The notes beneath the pieces are model-generated. The model saw nothing but the letters and a program-made list of their open reading frames with translations, was not told the DNA's origin and did no database searches. From the NCBI GenBank assembly GCA_023267375.1, contig JAHFNJ010000006.1:684-64683 (forward strand): a stretch of 64,000 nucleotides of DNA, in the 5' to 3' direction. Positions 56,353 to 64,000 of this stretch are shown piece by piece. The DNA is from Candidatus Nomurabacteria bacterium. Lineage in GTDB: Bacteria > Patescibacteriota > Minisyncoccia > Phycocordibacterales > UBA9973. The translations under genes and the position numbers were made by a program. Positions within the stretch are counted from its first letter, which is position 1. Each line of letters starts with the position of its first letter.

Positions 56353-57939
56353 TTACATCATCGCTTCCATCATTTTCTTTGCCACGGCTTCAATTACAGG
56401 AACACTCACTGAGTTACCAGCCTGTTTATACAGTGATGAATCTGCAATATTGGGCAGTACATAACTTTTAGGGAAACCTTGTATTCGAAAACACTCTAAT
56501 GGCGTAAGTTTTCTTATACCTTTTTTGTCTTTTATTATAGGTACATTGTGTCCACCCATTCCCATATTTGCAGTAAGTGTTGGACAAACCCCACTTTTAT
56601 TTTCACGGACATACTGTCTCCTCCATTGATATACTTTTCCTTCTTCTTTCACGTCTTTCTTTAGTTTCTCAAAAAGAGGTTTGCCGTTGTAGTAGTATTT
56701 TTCAGGAACATTTTTTTCTAATAAATCAGTAACTTTTTTTGTAAGTTTAACTGGTTCAGGAAAATTAAATTTATCCGAATAATCTTTATTTTTAAAACCC
56801 ACTATATAAATACGCTCACGATTTTGTGGAACATTACCATATTCCATAGTATTTAGTACTTTAGATTTTACATGGTAACCCAATTCTCTAAGAGTTTCTT
56901 CGATTACTTTAAAAGTATTGCCTCCGTCGTGGCTTTTCAGGTTTTTAACATTCTCAAGCATAAAACCCTCTGGATTTTTAGCTTTAATGATTTTTGCTAT
57001 ATCAAAAAATAGATTACCTCTATTTTTAGGATCGTCGAACCCTTTACGGTATCCTGCAATAGAAAACGCTTGGCAAGGGAATCCTCCTAATAAGAAATCA
57101 AATTCTGGCAAGTCATCAATCCCAATCTTTCTAATGTCCTCAACAATTAGTTTCGAGTTTCCAAAATTAAGATCGTAAGTAAGTTTACATGGAGCATCAA
57201 AATCATTTGCGAATACTGTTTTAAATCCAGCATTCTCAAATCCTGTTCTGATACCACCAACGCCTGCAAATAAATCTATGGTTTTAAAGCCATGCTTAGA
57301 CTTCTTTCTGGGTTTCGCTTCTTCTTCCAACTTAATATCTCGTATAACTTGCACAACGACACCTCTTATCTCTACATCTATTCTAAACAATGGTTTCATG
57401 TCTGGATTTCGCGGTTGCAATCTAATTTTCTTGTCTTCTTTATATAGTTTTTTAAGAGTTGCTTGATTATCATCAATAATTGCAACAACTGTTTGTCCGT
57501 TTTCTGCTACAGATTGTTTTTTAATAACAACAATGTCGCCATTAAAGATACCTTCATCTATCATACTGTCTCCAACAACACGCAGAGCATAGTGGTCTTT
57601 AGCAGTTTTGATAGCTGGATTTATTATAGATATGGTGTCTTGAGCATCTTCAATTGCTTCTATTGGTTGACCAGCGGCAATTTTACCAACAATAGGAATT
57701 TCAATGATTGATTTAATTTCTTTTTTTGGTGTCATACCACGATCGGTATCATCTGATTTTGAAAGGTAACCTTTCTCTCTTAGGGAAGCTATATGTTCGT
57801 GAACCGTTGAAACTGCCTTTAGATTTAAATTTTTACGAATCTCATCAATTGTAGGAGGAATGCCATTCTCAGCTGTATAAGTATTGATAAAATCGAATAT
57901 CTCTTTTTGTTTTTTTGTTAGTGTTTGCATATTACTCAT
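56353..57939 (-). CDS. LexA repressor (wHTH + S24 autopeptidase) fused to DNA (cytosine-5)-methyltransferase
   Basis: Residues 1-200 align motif-for-motif with E. coli LexA: LTKKQKEIFDFI, GIPPTIDEI, cleavage-site VGKIAAGQPIEA, catalytic Ser in RVVGDSMIDEGIFNGD and Lys in ATLKKL. Residues ~215-528 carry C5-MTase motifs I (DLFAGVGG), IV (GGFPCQAFS), VI (ENV) and X (QAGNSVSVPV). Confidence 0.8.
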   Translation of the reverse strand: MSNMQTLTKKQKEIFDFINTYTAENGIPPTIDEIRKNLNLKAVSTVHEHIASLREKGYLSKSDDTDRGMTPKKEIKSIIEIPIVGKIAAGQPIEAIEDAQDTISIINPAIKTAKDHYALRVVGDSMIDEGIFNGDIVVIKKQSVAENGQTVVAIIDDNQATLKKLYKEDKKIRLQPRNPDMKPLFRIDVEIRGVVVQVIRDIKLEEEAKPRKKSKHGFKTIDLFAGVGGIRTGFENAGFKTVFANDFDAPCKLTYDLNFGNSKLIVEDIRKIGIDDLPEFDFLLGGFPCQAFSIAGYRKGFDDPKNRGNLFFDIAKIIKAKNPEGFMLENVKNLKSHDGGNTFKVIEETLRELGYHVKSKVLNTMEYGNVPQNRERIYIVGFKNKDYSDKFNFPEPVKLTKKVTDLLEKNVPEKYYYNGKPLFEKLKKDVKEEGKVYQWRRQYVRENKSGVCPTLTANMGMGGHNVPIIKDKKGIRKLTPLECFRIQGFPKSYVLPNIADSSLYKQAGNSVSVPVIEAVAKKMMEAMM

Positions 57940-57947
57940 AATTTACA

Positions 57948-57975
57948 TTTTGCTACATTTACATTATATCCGAAA
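57948..57975 (-). promoter_or_regulatory. candidate operator: direct repeats ATGTAAAT-N8-ATGTAAAT (minus-strand sense) immediately upstream of the LexA-MTase start
   Basis: The plus strand reads atTTACATTTtgcTACATTTACATtat, 10-35 nt upstream of the start codon. Confidence 0.3.
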
Positions 57976-58010
57976 TAAAACCGAAAGTCTAAGCTTTAAT
58001 TAAAATACTG

Positions 58011-59357
58011 TTAATAACTCAAGCCAATAAGCTTATTTTTTAATGAAATATTACTTTTAAAACAAGTAAGCAATTCTCGCTTTTCTTCAACTGTACCGTC
58101 TTTCAGTATAAACTTGGCATAGTCTCTAATGTCTACGTCTTTTATTTGTATCTGCTGTTTAATATTTAGTACGGAATGATTAAATCTCTTAATCCGTTCA
58201 ACTTCACTTCTAATTTTTTCTTTCATGCCAATTTCACTAATGCTGATTTGATCTATAAGCTTTTCAAATTGTTGTATTAGCTCAATTTCATTTATGTATC
58301 CACATTTGCAAAATCTGTCTTTTGATTTTGCACAACCGTAGTACACATGTCGGTTTACACTACCGTCTTTAAGTTTCTTGAATTTTTCTTCTGCCGTTAT
58401 ACCTGATCCGCAAAGACCGCAATTCATCATCTTTATGAAAGCGAATTCTTTTGGTTCTTGAGTGCGAAGTGTCTGTGATTTTACCTGTGTTTGAACTTGA
58501 TCAAACAGTTCTTTGGAAATTATTGGTTCGTGTCTTCCTGTATAAAAGTTTCCACTTTTTCTAGGGTATTCAAAAACCCCATAATAAAATGGAGTTTCTA
58601 AAATCATGTATATATTACTCAAGGTCAATCCTTTGTTTCCATTACGCGTCTTTAGGTTTAATTCAAATTTAAGCCAATGATATATTTTTCTTCCACTCCA
58701 TCTTTCGTAAGCGACTTTTTCAAATATTTGTTTAACAATAGGTGCTCGTTCTGGATCTATAACTACCTGACATTTTTTATCGACATGCTTTTCGTTCAGG
58801 TATCCAAATATTGCAGGACCAGGTCGTAGTCCCATCTCACACCTTGTTCTTAATCCTCGTTTTACATTGATACTTTTATTGTCGTTTTCGAGCTTTGCCT
58901 GAGAACACAAGATCATTAGCAGGAATTTCTCGTTTGGAGAATTTTTGAAGTGTTGCCCATATGTTCTAATCTCAATAAGTTTGTTTTCATCCATTAAGTC
59001 GACAACTGATCCAAGATCTCCTGCGTTACGAGAAAGGCGATCGGGTGCCCAAGTAAGAATTCCTGTATATCTACCTCTGCGGATATCTTCAAGTAATTCT
59101 TTAAAGACTGGTCGCTGTCCTGATTCCTTTGCAGAATGTGATTCACGCCTAATCTCTACAACAGTTAGTCCGTCACGATCTGCAATCGTCAACATCTCTT
59201 TTACTTGTGACTCAATCGAGAGTGCTTGCTTTTCATCTGATTCGGTCGACTTCCTGGCATATAGGACGTAACGAACCTTTGCTTGTATGATCTCTGTCTT
59301 AACACCAAGGTTGCTTATGTATTGGGTTTCCATACATATATTGATGACGCAGATCAC
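58011..59357 (-). CDS. large serine recombinase (resolvase N-terminal domain + recombinase domain + zinc ribbon)
   Basis: N-terminal YARKSTESDEKQALSIESQ carries the catalytic Ser, the R..R motif is present, and the C-terminal Cys cluster is CGLCGS...YYGC. 448 aa. Confidence 0.8.
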   Translation of the reverse strand: MICVINICMETQYISNLGVKTEIIQAKVRYVLYARKSTESDEKQALSIESQVKEMLTIADRDGLTVVEIRRESHSAKESGQRPVFKELLEDIRRGRYTGILTWAPDRLSRNAGDLGSVVDLMDENKLIEIRTYGQHFKNSPNEKFLLMILCSQAKLENDNKSINVKRGLRTRCEMGLRPGPAIFGYLNEKHVDKKCQVVIDPERAPIVKQIFEKVAYERWSGRKIYHWLKFELNLKTRNGNKGLTLSNIYMILETPFYYGVFEYPRKSGNFYTGRHEPIISKELFDQVQTQVKSQTLRTQEPKEFAFIKMMNCGLCGSGITAEEKFKKLKDGSVNRHVYYGCAKSKDRFCKCGYINEIELIQQFEKLIDQISISEIGMKEKIRSEVERIKRFNHSVLNIKQQIQIKDVDIRDYAKFILKDGTVEEKRELLTCFKSNISLKNKLIGLSY

Positions 59358-59537
59358 TAGTTTTGCTAAGACTATGCAGACTAAGAAATACGTCGCATAC
59401 TCGCGATCAACGCCTTAGCAAAACCATATATCAGCGATACAATCAATCTAGAGTAATAGCAGTGAAAATGTTATTATTCTTTTACAACTGAATATCAGTC
59501 GACCTAACCCCTTTGGGAAACTAAAGGATATGGTCGC

Positions 59538-59690
59538 AAGTCCTATCAAGCATAAAGAACCCGTCATGGGGTGGCTTGATAGGCCGTATCGGGAAACTGG
59601 TACGAGAGGGTTCGCCCTCTACCCGTGGCGGGCTTTTTGTGTCTCAAGAAGCTCGATACGGAATTATTAAGTAATAAGTCCTATCAAGCG
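59538..59690 (+). ncRNA. structured intergenic element: three copies of a 12-mer (AGTCCTATCAAGC direct x2, inverted x1) flanking a GC-rich hairpin + T-run; candidate small RNA or operator/att region
   Basis: GTCCTATCAAGC occurs at 59539 and 59678, and GCTTGATAGG at 59573. The hairpin is AGAGGG-TTCG-CCCTCT, followed by CCCGTGGCGGGCTTTTT. No plus-strand CDS precedes the terminator-like structure. Confidence 0.3.
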
Positions 59691-59692
59691 TT

Positions 59693-60197
59693 TATGAATA
59701 CAACCAAAAAGTGCCCTGCGTGCCAGAAAGAGGTCGATGCGAAAGCAACCAAGTGTCCGTATTGTCAGTCAGACATGCGGAACTGGATTAGAAAACATCC
59801 AATAGGATCACTCATTCTAGTTCTGTTAGTAGTACCATTCTTTGTCAGTCAGATTATTGCAGAGCCGACACCTGAACAAACTCCCGCTCAACAAATTGCA
59901 GGAGTGAAGTACCAGAGCGCAAGAATCCTTGCAAAGTCATATATCGAGAAGGTGCCATTGAAGTCACCATCGACAGCAAAGTATAATCCTCCGACAACAA
60001 AGGTTGATCCAACAAATCCAAATCTCTTTGAAGTCTCATCGTACATCGACAGCCAGAACGGATTCGGAGCAATGATCAGAACATACTGGTCAATGAAGCT
60101 CGAATACATCGGAGGAGAAGACAATCAAGAGTCAGTCGAAACTGATGCAAACTGGAAAGTCGTAGAGTTCATCTTCGACGGAGAAAAGATTAAGTAG
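59693..60197 (+). CDS. zinc-ribbon membrane protein (hypothetical)
   Basis: MNTTKKCPACQKEVDAKATKCPYCQS is a CxxC...CxxC ribbon. It is followed by a TM helix and an extracytoplasmic domain. The start is placed at MNTTKK rather than the track's upstream Met. Confidence 0.45.
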
Positions 60198-60705
60198 TCT
60201 CAGGAGGTTTCTTCTTTCGTTTCTTTGGTTCTGGGATATCGTCCTTGATAACTCCCCAACGCTTGAAGAAGACCTCAGCATCCTTGCGAGCCTGCTCCAT
60301 ATCTTCTCTTTTGGAAGCAGACATCTCACCTAGTGCCTTGTCTTCAATTTCAAGTTTCTTTGAAATTTCAGCGAGGTAGCGGAATTGAGCAAAAGGATCT
60401 TCAGAATCAATTCTGTGGATGTACGGTCGTCTGAAATCATAGTGATTACGATCGAGCCAGTACATTGTGTACCTCACGTCTTTTGCTTTGATTCCTGCTA
60501 GCACGTTGCTTACTGCGATATCGTTCACGCGTCCTTTGCCGAGAGATAGTGCGTAGTTTGCTTGCGCCAAGAACGCAGGGTCTTCTTTCATCCAACGATA
60601 GAATGTGTTGCGAGAGATGCCGACCTTTTCACATGCGATCTGGAGCAGTGGGGTGTTCTCAAGCTCTGTCAGCAACTTATTTATGAGAGCTTTTGTCTTT
60701 TTCAT
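60190..60705 (-). CDS. phage terminase small subunit-like HTH DNA-binding protein
   Basis: The N-terminal LLQIACEKVGISRNTFYRWMKEDPAFLAQANYALS is the HTH typical of phage TerS/packaging proteins. The C-terminus is basic. Confidence 0.4.
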   Translation of the reverse strand: MKKTKALINKLLTELENTPLLQIACEKVGISRNTFYRWMKEDPAFLAQANYALSLGKGRVNDIAVSNVLAGIKAKDVRYTMYWLDRNHYDFRRPYIHRIDSEDPFAQFRYLAEISKKLEIEDKALGEMSASKREDMEQARKDAEVFFKRWGVIKDDIPEPKKRKKKPPETT

Positions 60706-61972
60706 ATACAGCTTTTTTACCAGTGAGCTTTTCCCAACGACGGATGATGAGGTCTACAAACACTGGCTCCAGTTCCATTCCGTACACTCTTCGACCAAGA
60801 GCTTCTCCTGCGATTAAAGTGCTACCTGACCCAAGAAAGCTATCAAGAATGATGTCGTTAATTTTCGTACATCGCTTGATTGCTTTCTCATGAAGACAAG
60901 GAGGCTTGGAAGTCGCATGCGTGTATTCTTTTGCAGAGAGCCTTTTCGCTGTCCATATCTCAAGGAAATCATCAACTTGTTGCATTAGTTCATTTCCAGT
61001 ACCGAACTCGTTGTTCAGTACTTCAGTAAGATCAGTCATTGATTTGGTTAGATATGGTTTGCCACGAATACCATAGACCGCAGGTTCGTATGCTTTGTTG
61101 CAGAAGACCTTAGGGACGCAGTTCTGACTGTTTTTTAGCCATAGGCACACACGCTTATTTTCAATACTAAGTGAGCGATACAGTTCTTGCACTACGCCGA
61201 TATAAATCTGATCACAGTAATAGAAGACGTGTGTATCCTCATGACACACAGCAAGTCCTGCTTCCATACTGTCTTTGAGAAACTTCTTGTATTCGTCGTA
61301 CGTTCTAGTATCGTTTACATTTCCTCCATAGTCCTGTGCGCCTCCAATTCCTGTGTTGTAGTCCACACCACCCTGTAGATTATATAAGGGGTCACTATAG
61401 ATGATTGATGCTCTCTCATCTCCAAACAATCTCTTTAGATTTTCTTTATCTGTCGAGTCGCCACACAAAATTTTGTGTGAGCCTAGGGTGATTAGGTCGC
61501 CGAGTTTTGTTTTTGGATTCTTGATCTTTTTCAGCTCCTTTTTTTCATCGAAGTTATCGTCGGTGGCTTCCTTGTCTTTGTCGAATATTTCAGAAAGTTC
61601 GATCGGATCGAACCCTGCGAACTCGAGGGTTTCGAAATCAAACTCCTTCAAAAGATCTATGTCCCATTCTCCAGATATTTTGTTTGAAGCGATTAAGTAC
61701 TCTTTTACTTCCTTTTCTGAGAGTTTTCGATTGGGGATGCGAACATCAATTAACTCTTCTCCGCGACCGAGCATTTTCAATGCTTTTATTCTTTGGTGGC
61801 CTGCCAGAATTTTTCCATCTAAATCCACGGCAGGTATTTCGACCAAATTATATTTCTTAATGCATTTCGTTAGGTCTGACATTTGTTTGTCAGGCATTTT
61901 TCTTGGGATGATCTCCTGGGGAATGAGATCATCCACTGTTTTTGGGACCGTAGTCCAGGCTAGTTTTTTCAT
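60677..61972 (-). CDS. ParB-like nuclease domain fused to beta-class DNA methyltransferase (N6A/N4C type)
   Basis: The N-terminal ParB/Srx fold motif is ..LAGHQRIKAL... The MTase motif IV SDPLYN precedes motif I DSFLGSGST, which is the beta-class order. Confidence 0.7.
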   Translation of the reverse strand: MKKLAWTTVPKTVDDLIPQEIIPRKMPDKQMSDLTKCIKKYNLVEIPAVDLDGKILAGHQRIKALKMLGRGEELIDVRIPNRKLSEKEVKEYLIASNKISGEWDIDLLKEFDFETLEFAGFDPIELSEIFDKDKEATDDNFDEKKELKKIKNPKTKLGDLITLGSHKILCGDSTDKENLKRLFGDERASIIYSDPLYNLQGGVDYNTGIGGAQDYGGNVNDTRTYDEYKKFLKDSMEAGLAVCHEDTHVFYYCDQIYIGVVQELYRSLSIENKRVCLWLKNSQNCVPKVFCNKAYEPAVYGIRGKPYLTKSMTDLTEVLNNEFGTGNELMQQVDDFLEIWTAKRLSAKEYTHATSKPPCLHEKAIKRCTKINDIILDSFLGSGSTLIAGEALGRRVYGMELEPVFVDLIIRRWEKLTGKKAVYEKDKSSHK

Positions 61973-62316
61973 AGGATTCTATAAAAATTATTTTGATAAT
62001 TGTCATAATTTTTATAGATACGCTCCGTTTACATATCTATACGATGCTTATGTAGGAGTGTCATAAACCTCCGTGCATAAATCGTAGCAATATAAGGCAA
62101 GCTATTTGTAGTTCCAAAAAAGCAGAAGTTGTAGAATGCTGTATTTGAAGGCTTTATTTGAAATATAAGAAAAAAGGTTCTTCGAGAATACCTGACAGTG
62201 TTCCGATCAATTACACATATAAAGTCATACAACACAAGCTCGAAAAATCAAGAGGAAAATGATATAATCGTTGAAGTTGTGTATGTAAACCTACAGCCAG
62301 CTAATATAAACAAGGT

Positions 62317-64000
62317 ATGAAAGTTTCACTTCTTAAGATAAACAATTTCAGATGTATTAAAACAGCGGAACTCTTTCTGGAGGAGCATACTTTATTAGTG
62401 GGTAAAAATAATGTTGGCAAATCTACTGTATGTGAAGCTCTCGATTTATTGCTAGGACCAGAGAGACTTAGTAGAACATCTCCAATCGATGAATATGATT
62501 TTTATAATGGGAAGTATTTAAGTGAAGCGGGTGAACCTATTCAAATTTTGATTGAAGCAGTACTCATTGATTTATCCGAAAAAGCAAAGAATACTTTTGG
62601 TGGACATCTAGAGTTTTGGCACAAGGGAGAAAAACGAGTATTGGAACTTGGTGAGATAGATACTGTTGATGCTGCAGATGTAGAGACATGCTTGAGATTG
62701 CAATTGAAAGGTCAATACGATCCAGAAGAAGATGAGTTTTGGGCAAAAACTTTTTACTCTCGAAGCCCTGGAGAAGAAGATGACGGTAATTTAACTGAAG
62801 TTTATCGTTCGGCAAAAAGAGAGATCGGTTTTCTTTATTTAAGAGCAATCAGAACTGGTAGTAGAGCGTTAAGTCTTGAGCGAGGTTCTTTGTTAGACAT
62901 TCTATTACGACTTGGACAAGTTCGTCCTCAGTTGTGGGAAAATACCCGAAATAAATTAATGGAGCTAGACCCTCCTCTAGATGATTCTATAGGTGCATTA
63001 CGCCCGATACTTGATAACATCGAAGCGAGAATTAAACAGTATGTTCCTCTTGATTCAGCAGATAAACCTACGCGCCTTTTCGTGTCACAGCTTACTCGGG
63101 AACATTTGCGAAAAACAGTTTCTTTTTTCATGTCGACAAGTCCAGATCAGGCTCCTGTACCTTTTCAAGAATTAGGTACGGGAACGCTGAATACTCTTGT
63201 ATTTGCGCTTTTGTCTGCAATCGCAGATCTTAAAAAGGAAAACGTCATATTCGCAATGGAAGAGCCCGAAATTGCTGTGTCGCCACATACCCAGAGAAGA
63301 ATTGTTGATTATCTACTCAAAAACACATCACAGTCGTTTATAACATCTCATTCACCATATGTAATTGAGAAGTTTTCTCCAGAACAAATAAAAATATTGA
63401 AGCGAGATAACAATGCAAATGTTACCAGTACATCCGTCACTTTGACTGCAGGATTAAAACCGAAGTTGTTTTATAGAAAATTAAGACCATCTATTGCTGA
63501 AGCAATTTTGGGGCAGGCTGTTTTGGTTGGAGAGGGGTTGGTAGAATTTCAAGTTCTTCGTGCTGCAGTTGATGTAATGGAAACTGAAAATCCTGATAAT
63601 TATCCATTTGATTTATCTGGTATTACTTTTTTCGATGCTGATGGTGATGGCAACTTATCTGAATACGGGGCGTTTTTTAAATCACTAGGTCTAAAGACTT
63701 TTGCTTTTTACGATAATGGAACTCGAACTCCTGCAGAGGTTGCTTCTATTGCTAGTAATTTTGACATAAACAAGCAGACCGCCTATTCCGATATTGAAAA
63801 GTTGTTAGCCGAGGAATTACCAATAGATATTCAGTGGAGTTATTTGCAGAGTTTAGTAGCTGATGGTTTGTTGCCTACCACTGTTCTTGTGTTACCAGCA
63901 GTTAAACCTTCGGATGCTGAAGTAAAGAATTTTACTAAGCAAGCACTTCTCTATAAGAAGGGTGATGGTAGATGTGCTGAGGTAATTAAGTTATGTACTA
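62317..64000 (+). CDS. OLD-family ATP-dependent endonuclease (ABC-type ATPase + TOPRIM), 3' end outside window
   Basis: AAGG RBS 2 nt upstream. MKVSLLKINNFRCIK...LLVGKNNVGKST is the Walker A and OLD N-terminus. VIFAMEEPEIAVSPH is the Walker B/D-loop and H-loop. TOPRIM Glu is in VLVGEGLVEFQVL and DxD in ITFFDADGDGNL. The frame is open to the window end. Confidence 0.7.
   Translation, partial: MKVSLLKINNFRCIKTAELFLEEHTLLVGKNNVGKSTVCEALDLLLGPERLSRTSPIDEYDFYNGKYLSEAGEPIQILIEAVLIDLSEKAKNTFGGHLEFWHKGEKRVLELGEIDTVDAADVETCLRLQLKGQYDPEEDEFWAKTFYSRSPGEEDDGNLTEVYRSAKREIGFLYLRAIRTGSRALSLERGSLLDILLRLGQVRPQLWENTRNKLMELDPPLDDSIGALRPILDNIEARIKQYVPLDSADKPTRLFVSQLTREHLRKTVSFFMSTSPDQAPVPFQELGTGTLNTLVFALLSAIADLKKENVIFAMEEPEIAVSPHTQRRIVDYLLKNTSQSFITSHSPYVIEKFSPEQIKILKRDNNANVTSTSVTLTAGLKPKLFYRKLRPSIAEAILGQAVLVGEGLVEFQVLRAAVDVMETENPDNYPFDLSGITFFDADGDGNLSEYGAFFKSLGLKTFAFYDNGTRTPAEVASIASNFDINKQTAYSDIEKLLAEELPIDIQWSYLQSLVADGLLPTTVLVLPAVKPSDAEVKNFTKQALLYKKGDGRCAEVIKLCT

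Larger units (their letters stand above)
55684..64000. mobile_element. AT-rich accessory/mobile island adjacent to tRNA-Gln (recombinase, phage-like and DNA-modification/defence genes); far boundary outside window
   Basis: It begins at a tRNA 3' end and contains a large serine recombinase, a TerS-like HTH protein, two DNA methyltransferase fusions and an OLD-family nuclease. The base composition is visibly more A+T-rich than the flanking housekeeping genes. Confidence 0.5.

Noticed and set aside
56353-57939. Possibility that LexA and the MTase are two adjacent genes
   Set aside because: The provided frame is continuous with no stop, and the linker (..IKLEEEAKPRKKSKHGFKTIDLFAGVGG) runs directly into MTase motif I. 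I kept it as a fusion but flagged that read-level verification is needed.

Overview
This is a 64 kb window from a bacterium that uses the standard genetic code: ORFs close on normal stops and UGA is not read through. By inference only, the compact genes, the very large repeat-rich surface proteins and the short dcw cluster suggest an uncultivated Patescibacteria/CPR-like lineage. Coding density is high. The contents fall into six blocks.

- **1-9.7 kb:** the 3' part of an MFS transporter, a tRNA-Glu with a truncated tRNA copy just upstream, a minimal division/cell-wall cluster (mraZ-rsmH-ftsL-ftsI-murF) with CCCAC direct repeats upstream that look like a MraZ operator, then lysS and greA.
- **9.7-32.5 kb:** a roughly 23 kb run of five co-directional genes on the minus strand encoding giant secreted surface proteins, about 7,500 aa in total, one of them 3,683 aa. 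They are built from NHL beta-propeller repeats, DUF285-type 26-residue repeats, PKD/Ig-like and DUF5011 domains. Three of the five share a conserved C-terminal module of TM hairpin + beta-sandwich + TM hairpin + beta-sandwich.
- **32.6-36.5 kb:** mrdA with a small MreD-like gene, and a short sigma-70 family factor with a near-consensus promoter.
- **36.5-44 kb:** DedA, an extracytoplasmic flavin module (FMN-binding protein with an ApbE target motif, ApbE, membrane FNR-like reductase), an ECF sigma/anti-sigma pair, a cupredoxin and an S9 peptidase.
- **44-55.5 kb:** transporters, small-molecule enzymes and miscellaneous genes, including a HIT-family protein.
- **55.6-64 kb:** tRNA-Gln followed by an AT-rich accessory island. 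It carries a complete LexA repressor (HTH + S24 autopeptidase) fused in one ORF to a C5-cytosine DNA methyltransferase, with a convergent small ORF that may be a cognate nuclease. It also carries a large serine recombinase, a phage terminase-small-subunit-like HTH protein, a ParB-nuclease-domain/DNA methyltransferase fusion, and an OLD-family ABC-ATPase/TOPRIM nuclease that runs off the window end.

The LexA-MTase fusion, the OLD-family nuclease and the surface-protein operon with its shared anchor module are the items I consider most worth follow-up. No CRISPR array or rRNA was seen.
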